A stretch of DNA of 64,000 nt from an uncultured Bacteroidota bacterium (GTDB taxonomy: Bacteria > Bacteroidota > Bacteroidia > NS11-12g > UBA9320). Each line of letters opens with the position of its first letter. The stretch's first letter is position 1. The notes beneath the pieces were generated by a model that was not told where the DNA came from, made no database searches, and was given only the letters and a program-made list of their open reading frames with translations. The DNA is taken from positions 299,154-363,153 of the forward strand of contig CAKZLB010000013.1 of the NCBI GenBank assembly GCA_937124965.1, read 5' to 3'. The position numbers and the translations under genes were made by a program. Positions 1 through 9,323 of the stretch are shown here, piece by piece.

Positions 1-237
1 TCTATTGATGATTTAGATTTTCTCGCAGTTGAAGCATTAACCTATACAGACTCTTTAAACCTCATTGGCTCAAACTGGCATCGTTGGAATTCCGATAGTA
101 AGAAATTCGAGATAGCAAATCAAAACACGTTTGTAATCCGTGATTTCGACAAAAACTACTACGTTCTTCGTTTGGATAAGTTTAGAAAACCTTGGCCAAC
201 AAGAAACGAGACAACATTCACCTTTAAAAGTTTATAA
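1..237 (+). CDS. C-terminal fragment of a hypothetical protein (partial, runs off window start)
   Basis: Open frame from position 1 to TAA at 235-237 (…FTFKSL*). No recognisable domain. Confidence 0.3.
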   Translation, partial: SIDDLDFLAVEALTYTDSLNLIGSNWHRWNSDSKKFEIANQNTFVIRDFDKNYYVLRLDKFRKPWPTRNETTFTFKSL

Positions 238-277
238 TCTTAAATATCCCTATTAATATTGCGGGAAATTTAAGACA

Positions 278-1387
278 ATGAAAAACACCTATTTCTTATT
301 AGCTTCTTTGCTTTTTGTTGCATGCAATAGCTCAACTAACCAAAAAAACAATGAAAGTGCCGAAGTATCTGCAGAACCAACCTTAATCGATCATGCAGAT
401 TCCTCAGAACCACATTTATTGAATTTGCACCAGCTAACCTATGGTGGAGACAATGCAGAAGCATACTTTAGTTTTAATGGTCGAAAGCTCGTATTTCAGA
501 GCAACAACAAAGAATGGGGAGTTGAGTGTGATCAAATTTTTACATTTGATATAGACGAAGCAGAAAAAGACACGTTACGCGCTAAAATGGTTAGTACAGG
601 ATTGGGAAGAACAACTTGTAGTTACTTCATGCCAGATGGAGGACACATTTTATACGGATCCACTCATTTAGCAGACTCAAATTGTCCACCAGAAGTTGTA
701 CCAGAGCCAGGAGGAGCATACTTATGGTCAATTTATGAAGGATACGATATTTTTGTTGCTGACTTAGATGGTAATATTACTCAGCAACTAACCGACGAAC
801 CAGGATATGATGCGGAAGCGACTGTTTCTCCAAAAGGAGATAAAATTGTTTTTACATCGACACGGTCAGGTGATTTAGAATTGTATACTATGAACATTGA
901 TGGAAGTAACGTCGTTCAAATCACAGATCAATTAGGGTACGATGGTGGAGCATTTTTCTCTCCAGACGGTTCAAAATTAGTGTTTAGATCTTCGCGACCA
1001 AAAACGCCAGAAGAGATCAAGACATACAAGGACTATTTAGCTCGAGGTTTAGTGGCTCCAACAAACATGGAAATTTACACATGCAACGCAGATGGCTCTG
1101 ATTTAAAACAAGTTACTAACTTGGGTAAAGCTAATTGGGCACCGTTTTATCACCCTAGTGGCAAAAAGATAATCTTCAGTAGCAATCATTTTTCGGAAAG
1201 AGGTTACGAATTCAATTTGTTCATGATTAATGAAGATGGTACTGGATTGGAACAAATTACTACTCAAAGTAATTTTAATGCTTTTCCAATGTTTTCATAT
1301 GATGGAAAGAAACTTGTATTCTCTTCAAACCGTAACAATGGAGGAACACGTGAAACCAATATGTTTATCGCTGATTGGGTAGAGTAA
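278..1387 (+). CDS. TolB-like WD40/PD40 beta-propeller repeat lipoprotein
   Basis: Signal peptide plus lipobox (LLFVAC). Repeated PD40-type propeller blades (…DGxxIxFxSxRxG…, 'SPDGSKLVFRSSR', 'SYDGKKLVFSSNR'). Confidence 0.6.
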   Translation: MKNTYFLLASLLFVACNSSTNQKNNESAEVSAEPTLIDHADSSEPHLLNLHQLTYGGDNAEAYFSFNGRKLVFQSNNKEWGVECDQIFTFDIDEAEKDTLRAKMVSTGLGRTTCSYFMPDGGHILYGSTHLADSNCPPEVVPEPGGAYLWSIYEGYDIFVADLDGNITQQLTDEPGYDAEATVSPKGDKIVFTSTRSGDLELYTMNIDGSNVVQITDQLGYDGGAFFSPDGSKLVFRSSRPKTPEEIKTYKDYLARGLVAPTNMEIYTCNADGSDLKQVTNLGKANWAPFYHPSGKKIIFSSNHFSERGYEFNLFMINEDGTGLEQITTQSNFNAFPMFSYDGKKLVFSSNRNNGGTRETNMFIADWVE

Positions 1388-1454
1388 ATCGCTGTACTCC
1401 ATGATTGATATCATGATATCAAATTAAATAAAGGTGGTTAGCTTCGTGGTATAA

Positions 1455-1829
1455 ATGAAGCAAGACATTAACTCTTCTGAAGACGTCAAAAAACTTGTTG
1501 ATACGTTTTACGAGAAAGTAAATGCTGACGAAGTATTGTCTCCTGTTTTTAATGATTTTGCAAAGGTAGATTGGCCAAAACATTTACCGAGGATGTATCA
1601 ATTTTGGGAGTCAATTTTGTTCTCAACCGGAGAGTATCAAGGTAGACCATTTCAGAAACACATCCCATTGCCAATAAATGAAACGCATTTTGAGCGTTGG
1701 GTGAGTTTATTTATTAAAAATACAGATGAGCACTTTGTTGGTGAACGTGCTGAAGAAGCAAAGCATCGAGCGAGAACTATTGCGCATATTTTCAACACCA
1801 AGCTTGCCCATATAAACTATCATGAATAA
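1455..1829 (+). CDS. Group-3 truncated-hemoglobin-like globin (YjbI-like)
   Basis: ~120 aa with the globin-like pattern FYEKV…D.L.P.F…W…H…MYQFW…G…Y.G typical of truncated hemoglobins. Confidence 0.5.
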   Translation: MKQDINSSEDVKKLVDTFYEKVNADEVLSPVFNDFAKVDWPKHLPRMYQFWESILFSTGEYQGRPFQKHIPLPINETHFERWVSLFIKNTDEHFVGERAEEAKHRARTIAHIFNTKLAHINYHE

Positions 1830-2169
1830 ACAAATAACAGGATCTTTTTTTTCAAACGTTGAGTTTAATGCAGCACGGCCAGCTATATCAGTGATACTTG
1901 AAACCTCAAACTCGAAAGAAATACGTATTTTATTGGCTTCAGGACAAATAATGAAAGCTCACAAAGCCCCCTACCCTATTACCGTTCAGGTGTTGGATGG
2001 AGAGATAGAATTTGGAGTGATGGGCGAAACACTTATACTAAAACAAGGAGATATTATTGCGTTAGAATCTAACGTTGTTCATGACTTAAAAGGGGCTGTC
2101 GATAGTAACATTCGTCTAACACTGAATAAACTAGATTCGGCAGAAAGAGTTGAGAAAGTGATAGATTGA
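1822..2169 (+). CDS. Cupin domain protein
   Basis: 115 aa. Small beta-barrel cupin motifs (G(x)5HxH-like region 'AHKAPYPITVQVLDGEIEF', 'GDIIALESNVVHDL'). Overlaps the upstream globin gene by 8 nt, so the two are co-transcribed. Confidence 0.5.
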   Translation: MNKQITGSFFSNVEFNAARPAISVILETSNSKEIRILLASGQIMKAHKAPYPITVQVLDGEIEFGVMGETLILKQGDIIALESNVVHDLKGAVDSNIRLTLNKLDSAERVEKVID

Positions 2170-2369
2170 AAGTACAAGAAGACCCTAGCTAATCAAAGGC
2201 ACAAGACCTCGTAATTTATTTTCGACACCACCGCATAAAAATTAAACTGGAGTTACCCTAAATTCACTCGATTTTCAATAATCTAATAACCTGAGTTCGA
2301 TTCTTCTTTATAGGTTTAGAATTTTATAAAAGTCAATAGACAAGGCGGTTTTGTGAAGATTTAGCGGAT

Positions 2370-2396
2370 AAAACCCAACGAAGTTTATTGGGTTTT
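2370..2396 (+). terminator. Candidate intrinsic terminator hairpin (AAAACCCAA-N9-TTGGGTTTT) between the convergent cupin and usp genes
   Basis: 9-bp perfect stem and 9-nt loop. The stem ends in a U-run on the + strand and an A-run on the other strand. Confidence 0.3.
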
Positions 2397-2541
2397 ATGG
2401 AACAACATATACTTATTCCACTAGGAAAAAGCACTTCTCTTCCTAAAAATTATTTGAAATAGCGCGCTATTACTGCATAAATTTTAGTTGACAATCACTA
2501 TTTCCTAGCGTTCTAAAACATAAATAAAAATTGAACTCAGG

Positions 2542-3354
2542 TTAATAACCAGCATCTCCAAGCAAAGTCGCTTCAACCACATGAATTGTTAAGATTGGTG
2601 TTCGTGTTTTATTGACCAACTCTTGAGCGTAATGACCCATAAAATAACCCGTTGGGGATTCTCGTTCACTCATTATGGTAATTAAGTCAGCATCTACCTT
2701 ATCAGCATATTCAATACAGGCATCTGAAATATTTTTATTATTACTCTGTTCTACTTCGTATTCAACGTTACGATCATCACAGTATTTTTTAATCTGATTC
2801 ACATAAATCCTAAGTTTATTAATTACCTCGGGTTGCTCTTCTTTGTTCTCATGGACGATATGAATCTTTGCACCATAAATGCTGGCTAAAGAAACCGACA
2901 ATGGAACTTTCTGTCGTGTTTCACTTGAGTCAGAAACAGGAAGGACTATATTTTTAATTCCAATATTCTCTCGGTATGGTGGTAAAATAAGGACAGGGCA
3001 CGTTGAACTTGACAATACTTTAAAAGAATTACTCCCAATCCAATTTGGATCAGCTTCTTTGCTACCATGTGTCCCCATAACAATCAAATCAGCATTTAGA
3101 GCCTTTTCCAATGCCAAAATCTCCGTATACGGTTTCCCGACCTTTTCTACAAATCCATAATGAGCATTTGAATCTCCAATTATTTCATCTATGTCTTTTT
3201 GAACCTGACCTTCGTTCGAATCCTGTGGATTTACATTTAAGATTGTTAATTTAGCATCAAAACGTTGACTCAGGTCAATTGCGTGTTTTAAGGCAATTTT
3301 ACTGGACTTAGAAGGAACGTAAGCTGCGATGATTTGAGTAAAACGTGTATTCAT
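2542..3354 (-). CDS. Universal stress protein, tandem UspA domains
   Basis: Two Usp repeats ('LVMGTHGS…', 'ITIMSERESPTGYFMGHYAQELVNKTRTPILTIH'). Confidence 0.7.
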   Translation of the reverse strand: MNTRFTQIIAAYVPSKSSKIALKHAIDLSQRFDAKLTILNVNPQDSNEGQVQKDIDEIIGDSNAHYGFVEKVGKPYTEILALEKALNADLIVMGTHGSKEADPNWIGSNSFKVLSSSTCPVLILPPYRENIGIKNIVLPVSDSSETRQKVPLSVSLASIYGAKIHIVHENKEEQPEVINKLRIYVNQIKKYCDDRNVEYEVEQSNNKNISDACIEYADKVDADLITIMSERESPTGYFMGHYAQELVNKTRTPILTIHVVEATLLGDAGY

Positions 3355-3628
3355 ATGATTAATTTTAAAATTGTTTAAGAAAGTAAAAAGGTAAAGGTTG
3401 AATATAAGTATTTTCTGCCAAGATTTTATAGCTTCAACTCTAATTTAAATTTCAACTATTGTAAATTATACGAGGTAGTTACTGCAACCGCAATATTTTA
3501 AAATCATTAAATAAACTATTAACGAGCACCCTTTTCGAACGAAACTTCATATTTCACTCTAATAGGCTTTTACCTTTTGACTAGTTAAAGTATTAATTGG
3601 GATAATTAGCTTCTATAAACCCATTGAT

Positions 3629-4516
3629 ATGAAATTTGACATCCCTAATCCATGTTCTGCAGATTGGAACAAAATGAAAATTGGCATCCAATCGAGATAT
3701 TGTAATTCCTGTGAAAAAAGTGTTGTAGATTTTACCGAAAAAACCCGAGAAGAAATATTGACGTATTTGCTGATGCATAAACACCAGCGAGTTTGTGGGC
3801 ATATTCGGAGGTCTCAACTTGACTTTAAACATGAGGAAATCATGGTTGTAATTGACGGAATGACTCGACAAGAAAAAAAAACCAACCTCCCTTTTTATAT
3901 TCTTTGTGCTGGTGCATTAATATTAAGTTCATGTTCTACCGAACCGACAACCACAGGAAAAATTACCAGCCCAGTTGAAACTGTTGACACCGTGGTTATT
4001 GAAGACTCAACTACCCAGCCAAAAATTGGCAAGGTCTGCGTTGATTCAATTCCAGAAAGTCCCTTTAAACCACCAGTCTTACATACAATTGGAGAAATTA
4101 TTGACGGTGATGTTATTTTGGTAGACTCGATAGAGGAACCGATAGAATTCGACAGCGCTGATGCTGCACGAGAACAAGCACTTTTGGAACAACAAGTTCA
4201 CCAGTTTGTAGAAGTAATGCCTGAATATCCTGGAGGAGTTGATTCGCTGATGGACTTTTTAAAAACCAATGTTCAATACCCTAAAATGGAAAAAGAGATG
4301 GGAATCGAAGGCGTTGTCGTTGTTCAATTCATCGTTGAAAAAACAGGTGAATTGTCAAATTTTAAAATTGTCAAACCCGTAAAAGGCGGCCCAAACTTCG
4401 ACAAAGAGGTTTTGAGAGTAATGCGATTAATGCAAAATTGGACACCTGGAACCCAACAAGGAAGGCCAGTTAGGGTGCAATACCATTTGCCAGTGAGGTT
4501 TAGACTAAAGAATTAA
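3629..4516 (+). CDS. TonB C-terminal-domain protein with N-terminal Cys-rich cytoplasmic module and one TM segment
   Basis: C-terminus 'MPEYPGG…YP…GIEGVVVVQFIV…G…V…GPNFDKEVLRVM…W.PG…GRPV' is a TonB_C fold. N-terminus has PCx(12)CxxC…VVDFTEKT…CG, then TM helix 'LPFYILCAGALILSSC'. Confidence 0.6.
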   Translation: MKFDIPNPCSADWNKMKIGIQSRYCNSCEKSVVDFTEKTREEILTYLLMHKHQRVCGHIRRSQLDFKHEEIMVVIDGMTRQEKKTNLPFYILCAGALILSSCSTEPTTTGKITSPVETVDTVVIEDSTTQPKIGKVCVDSIPESPFKPPVLHTIGEIIDGDVILVDSIEEPIEFDSADAAREQALLEQQVHQFVEVMPEYPGGVDSLMDFLKTNVQYPKMEKEMGIEGVVVVQFIVEKTGELSNFKIVKPVKGGPNFDKEVLRVMRLMQNWTPGTQQGRPVRVQYHLPVRFRLKN

Positions 4517-4549
4517 TTTCAAATTAAAGGGTTACTTTTTCGTTTTTAA

Positions 4550-5293
4550 TTGATTAATAGTAAAAAAGCTATGAATCGATTTCTTTTAACAGTCACCATC
4601 CATTGTTTTGCGACAATCAGTTTTGCTCAGTATGACACACTTCAAATTGAGAATATTTCAATATTTCTTGACACATCAGTTGCTCCAGAGTACTTTCATG
4701 TTGAGTTAAACCTAACTGATTATTATAACTGGAAAGGAAAATCAACCCGTAAAAAAGCAAACCAGTTTTATGTAAATATTGACAGTTGTGAGCAACAGTT
4801 TAACGAACAACTTAGAAAAATCGGAGTAATACCAAAGAATAAGACAACACATAGCGACCGTTTAATTAATTCTACCTGGAACACCCCCCAACAAAATTTA
4901 CGACGCATTTCGTTTGATGTTTCTTCTTCATTAGAAGCTAAATTGGTATACGACTCAATTCCAGAGAAAGGTTTTAAAACCGTTTCGATTTCTGGAAAAC
5001 TATATGATTCAACAAAGACTAAGATAATGGAGGAACTCCAAAGTAAGGCTCTAACAGCCTGTTATCAGAAAGCAATTACTTCGGTAAAAACACAAAACTA
5101 TGATAGTTTTTGTACGTATTATATCAATCATAATTACAACTATGCATATGACTATAATCAAACATACGCGTTGACAACTGGACCCATTGGACCACGAACA
5201 ATTGTATATGATGACATTATACTATTTACTAGTTTGCAATTCAGCTATAAAGCACTGAAAAAGACTAGTGCAACTACCCTAAAATCTGAGTAG
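4550..5293 (+). CDS. Hypothetical secreted protein
   Basis: Signal peptide (…ISFAQ). No recognisable domain. Confidence 0.45.
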   Translation: MINSKKAMNRFLLTVTIHCFATISFAQYDTLQIENISIFLDTSVAPEYFHVELNLTDYYNWKGKSTRKKANQFYVNIDSCEQQFNEQLRKIGVIPKNKTTHSDRLINSTWNTPQQNLRRISFDVSSSLEAKLVYDSIPEKGFKTVSISGKLYDSTKTKIMEELQSKALTACYQKAITSVKTQNYDSFCTYYINHNYNYAYDYNQTYALTTGPIGPRTIVYDDIILFTSLQFSYKALKKTSATTLKSE

Positions 5294-5720
5294 TATGTTC
5301 TTTCGCTTTGACCTTGGCTATTACTTCAGTAATAACTCCATTCTCGTCAATAACGAATGTTGTTCTAAAAATACCCATGTACGTTCGACCATACATTTTC
5401 TTTTCACCCCAAACCCCAAATGCCTCTGCTAGTGCATGGTCTTCATCAACCAACAAGTCAAAAGGCAAATCGTATTTTGCAATAAATTTTTGGTGCTTCG
5501 TCGCTTTATCTGGACTTATCCCATACACTTTATAGCCCGCTGCCAAAAGTGCATCGTAATTATCCCTTAAGTTACACGCTTGTGTTGTACATGTTGGAGT
5601 ATCATCCTTTGGGTAAAAATATAAAACCGTCTTGTTCCCTTTGAGACTCTCCGTGGTAACAGTTTTTTCGTTTTGATCGATTGTTGAGAATTGTGGTAAA
5701 GTCGCTCCTACTTCTAACAT
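5274..5720 (-). CDS. bcp: Thioredoxin-dependent peroxiredoxin Bcp
   Basis: AhpC/TSA fold. Peroxidatic Cys motif 'PKDDTPTCTTQAC'. Confidence 0.85.
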   Translation of the reverse strand: MLEVGATLPQFSTIDQNEKTVTTESLKGNKTVLYFYPKDDTPTCTTQACNLRDNYDALLAAGYKVYGISPDKATKHQKFIAKYDLPFDLLVDEDHALAEAFGVWGEKKMYGRTYMGIFRTTFVIDENGVITEVIAKVKAKEHTTQILG

Positions 5721-5735
5721 ATTTTCTACGTTTTT

Positions 5736-7580
5736 TTAAAATGTTTTTGTTAATAACGCAGTGTTACCTGCACCATCTACAACACGCAATTCAAGAGAAT
5801 GGTTTCCACTTTTTATGGATTTTGGTAAATTCCCAAAGAGCTTTTTTGCTTTTGGTTCATATTCTAACAAAACCCATTGTCCGTCTACATAACAAGCATA
5901 ACTTTTAATTTTACTCGTTAAGTCATCAACTCTAAAACTAATGTAATTCCCAACGGTTAATGGTGTGATAACTGGCGGCATAGTGTCTAGTGCCAAATAA
6001 AACATCCCTAAACTTTTTGTCGTTTCTGAAATATAATTCCCATTTACTGAACCACCTTCATAGCTGCTCGTTCGTGATTTTTTATCATACCGCATCATCA
6101 CCAGTTTTGATTTATTTTTTGATACGTCTGAAGGTATTTTTATTCGAATAGTGGCCGACTTATGCAACGGAACATTATTGTGAAGCACCCGAACCATTGG
6201 CGAAACTGCTTTTCCAGTTGGATTGGTTTCAGAAATCGCAAATACTGCATCATTGTATAAAGCACCTTTTGGTATTGTAACCGTTGCATTTGGTGAAGCG
6301 AGTCGGATAGGTGTGTTGGTCTTATATGTTTTCCCTTCTGGAACCAGCTCCCCACCACCCGCAGGTAGTTCTGATGTAATATCACTTACTAGCGTAAAAC
6401 TATATTTATTTTCATGACCAGAAAAATCCCGAACGACAATCGTAACCTCCTTATTTCGAACTTTCCCGCCACCAATCGTTATAATCCCATTTCCTTTATA
6501 AAAATGGAGTCCATTACCAGACTCTTTAAACATTTTCACGTATCTAGAACCAGTCTCCGAGTAAAGCCAATAGTCTATGTGTTTGTTAATAAATCGTCCT
6601 TGTGAAAAAGCAAAATCTTCGATTGTTTGGGTAAAAATCGACTTACCATCAACTTGAACTTCAGCATAGTTAATTCCAAGTTTATTATACTGATCGGTAA
6701 AATAGTCAACCCACTTTACTCCAACCCCATATTTCCCCGGAGGCAACTTAATCGTTCCATTTCGTTTGGTTTGAATACTGCCGTAAATTCCATAGTTGAC
6801 ATACCTATTTTGATCAATATTGTAAAGTCTGCAACCAAGAATTTTAGGCTTTATAACATCGGCCGCTTTGATTCCGTATATCAATGGATTAACAGTATTC
6901 CCGCGTTTATCTCGAATTTCAAAATGCAAATGAGGTCCGCCAGACCCACCAGTATTACCGCTTAGCGCAATTATTTGTCCCTTTGTAACTTTTAGTTTCC
7001 CAGCTGGAACATACCAATCCATTTCGTACGTTTTAAGAGAATATTGTCGATTAATAACCGCTTCTTGAATATCCCCAACAAACTTTTGCAAATGCCCATA
7101 AACAGTGGTTGTTCCATTTGGGTGCTGAATGTATAGCGCCTTCCCGTAACCTGTGGTTGAAATCTTAATCCGTGAAATGTAACCAGACGCCGATGCTAAA
7201 ACGTTTTTCCCTTCAGAACCTCCAGTTCGTAAATCCAAACCAGCATGAAAGTGGTTCCCTCTCAACTCACCAAATGAGCCAGAAAGAAGTAATTTACCTT
7301 CCAGCGGTTCTTGAAAATAACCAGCGGATCGAGGTTTGATTTTCACAGATTCTACTTCATTTGTTTCTTTTGAATCAGGTTTTGCAGCTTCCTCTTCAGA
7401 CAAAACATCAACCTCCTTAGGTTCTTCAATTTCTTTTGGGACAAGACTATCCGTTTTCTGTTTTGCTATTTCAACCGTTTTCGGTGGTTGGTCAGACGTA
7501 TCTTTTTTTAATAAATATAAAATACATAACAGAGCGAATACTGCTAAAATTAAAATTCCAACCTGTTTACTTCTTTGCAC
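5736..7580 (-). CDS. M23 family metallopeptidase, membrane-anchored
   Basis: N-terminal TM. M23 Zn motifs 'HFHAGLDL' (HxxxD) and 'GGPHLHFEI' (HxH). Confidence 0.8.
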   Translation of the reverse strand: MQRSKQVGILILAVFALLCILYLLKKDTSDQPPKTVEIAKQKTDSLVPKEIEEPKEVDVLSEEEAAKPDSKETNEVESVKIKPRSAGYFQEPLEGKLLLSGSFGELRGNHFHAGLDLRTGGSEGKNVLASASGYISRIKISTTGYGKALYIQHPNGTTTVYGHLQKFVGDIQEAVINRQYSLKTYEMDWYVPAGKLKVTKGQIIALSGNTGGSGGPHLHFEIRDKRGNTVNPLIYGIKAADVIKPKILGCRLYNIDQNRYVNYGIYGSIQTKRNGTIKLPPGKYGVGVKWVDYFTDQYNKLGINYAEVQVDGKSIFTQTIEDFAFSQGRFINKHIDYWLYSETGSRYVKMFKESGNGLHFYKGNGIITIGGGKVRNKEVTIVVRDFSGHENKYSFTLVSDITSELPAGGGELVPEGKTYKTNTPIRLASPNATVTIPKGALYNDAVFAISETNPTGKAVSPMVRVLHNNVPLHKSATIRIKIPSDVSKNKSKLVMMRYDKKSRTSSYEGGSVNGNYISETTKSLGMFYLALDTMPPVITPLTVGNYISFRVDDLTSKIKSYACYVDGQWVLLEYEPKAKKLFGNLPKSIKSGNHSLELRVVDGAGNTALLTKTF

Positions 7581-7714
7581 AAGACAAAATAAACAAGACT
7601 ATGGTGTCCCGTGTTAGTGAGATATACACATGGTTTTAAAATCGTTGGCAAAAACACTCGTGTCGTGTTATCTTTGAGTAGTTTATAACATCCCTTACAA
7701 CAAACATCAGAATA

Positions 7715-9250
7715 TTGAAAATCGAAAAAGTTATAGAAAACCTAGGACTGAAGCAAGTGAATGAAAGCATAGCAACCGGACAACAATGGATTACAGCGGT
7801 TGGTTCGGACACAAGAGACATCTATTCACCTGTGGATGGTAAAAAGATTGCTTCAGTTGTTTACGCTACGGAATCTGAATACAATCATGTTATACGTTTG
7901 GCTGAACAAGCTAAAACGATGTGGAGAGATATTCCTGGACCACAGCGTGGTAATTTTGTTCGAAAACTCGGCAACAAACTACGTATCAAAAAGCGAGAGC
8001 TCGGTTTTTTAGTTAGCTACGAAACAGGGAAAAGTCTTCAGGAAGGTTTAGGTGAAGTTCAAGAGATGATTGACATCTGCGACTTTGCGGTTGGATTAAG
8101 TCGTCAACTTTATGGTCTAACAATTCAAAGCGAAAGACCTAATCATCGAATGATGGAACAATGGCATCCGTTAGGAATTGTTGGAATAATTTCGGCGTTC
8201 AATTTTCCTGTAGCTGTTTGGTGTTGGAATGCTGCCATAGCAGCAGTATGTGGTGATGTAATTATTTGGAAACCTTCAGAAAAAGCTCCTTTATCGGCCA
8301 TTGCTTGTCAACAAATAATCTCAGAACTTTTAATTGAAAATGAATTACCTGAAGGTATTTTCAATTTAGTTATTGGTGACCATCGCATTGGTGAGGTAAT
8401 AGCGAAAGATTCTAAAATTCCATTAATTTCTGCAACGGGAAGTACCAAAATGGGTAAAAGAATTGGACAACTTGTAGGTGCTAGACTTGGAAGGTCGTTA
8501 TTGGAATTAGGAGGAAACAATGCCGTAATAATTAGCAAGCATGCAGACTTACAAAACGCACTTCGGGCTGTTGTATTTGGTAGTGTTGGAACTTGCGGAC
8601 AGCGATGCACATCTACCAGACGTGTAATATTACATCGAGACATTTACGACAAATTTGTGGGAATGCTCATCAAAGCATACAAACAGTTAAAAATAGGTTC
8701 TTCACTGCAAGAGGAAAATCATGTCGGTCCATTGATTGATAAAGATGCAGTTAAAATGTTTACAGACGCAATAGCCGAAATCGAAAATCAAGGTGGTAGA
8801 GTCGTATATGGCGGAACGGTGTTAGAAGGAGAAGGATACGAATCTGGTTGTTATGTTGTACCTGCAATTGCGGAAGCGGCGAACCATTTACCAATCGTTC
8901 AGGAAGAGACATTCGCTCCAATAGTATACGTGATGCCGTATGATAGAATCGAAGAAGCTGTTGCTATGCAAAATGATGTAAAGCAGGGTCTTAGTTCTGC
9001 TATTTTTAGTGACAGTGTGCTTGAAACCGAATACTTTCTGAGCAACGAAGGTTCCGACTGTGGAATTGCAAATATTAACATTGGAACTAGTGGAGCTGAA
9101 ATTGGCGGTGCTTTTGGCGGTGAAAAAGATACTGGTGGTGGTCGCGAATCTGGATCAGATGCTTGGAAAAACTACATGAGACGGCAAACGAATACAATCA
9201 ATTACGGAACTTCCTTACCGTTGGCGCAAGGAATTAAGTTTGATATATAA
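7715..9250 (+). CDS. ALDH7-family alpha-aminoadipic semialdehyde / piperideine-6-carboxylate dehydrogenase
   Basis: Near-colinear with antiquitin: 'EVQEMIDICDFAVGLSR', 'NFPVAVWCWNAAIA', 'GRSLLELGGNNAVII', catalytic Cys 'GQRCTSTRR', 'GSDCGIANINIGTSGAEIGGAFGGEKDTGGGRESGSDAWKNYMRR'. Confidence 0.9.
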   Translation: MKIEKVIENLGLKQVNESIATGQQWITAVGSDTRDIYSPVDGKKIASVVYATESEYNHVIRLAEQAKTMWRDIPGPQRGNFVRKLGNKLRIKKRELGFLVSYETGKSLQEGLGEVQEMIDICDFAVGLSRQLYGLTIQSERPNHRMMEQWHPLGIVGIISAFNFPVAVWCWNAAIAAVCGDVIIWKPSEKAPLSAIACQQIISELLIENELPEGIFNLVIGDHRIGEVIAKDSKIPLISATGSTKMGKRIGQLVGARLGRSLLELGGNNAVIISKHADLQNALRAVVFGSVGTCGQRCTSTRRVILHRDIYDKFVGMLIKAYKQLKIGSSLQEENHVGPLIDKDAVKMFTDAIAEIENQGGRVVYGGTVLEGEGYESGCYVVPAIAEAANHLPIVQEETFAPIVYVMPYDRIEEAVAMQNDVKQGLSSAIFSDSVLETEYFLSNEGSDCGIANINIGTSGAEIGGAFGGEKDTGGGRESGSDAWKNYMRRQTNTINYGTSLPLAQGIKFDI

Positions 9251-9323
9251 GCGTTTGTAAACCCATTCAGTTCAATCCTAAAGTCTTAGTGTTTTATATA
9301 ACAATTAGTAACAACTTTGTGCT

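Noticed and set aside
2288-2302. tRNA-like T-arm string (gagttcgattc)
   Set aside because: No acceptor, D-arm or anticodon-arm structure can be drawn around it. It is part of the MITE-like inverted repeat instead.
2879-3160. 93-aa + strand ORF inside the usp gene. Similar antisense or out-of-frame ORFs include 3593..3871, 5308..5535, 6140..6385, 6223..6965 (series), 8308..8643, 15035..15328, 16074..16388, 17758..18000, 20265..20522, 23211..23522, 25421..25714, 27435..27874, 28818..29321, 35555..36741 (series) and 62320..62685.
   Set aside because: All are embedded in or antisense to strongly supported genes, have no recognisable domains and have atypical composition. They are treated as shadow ORFs.
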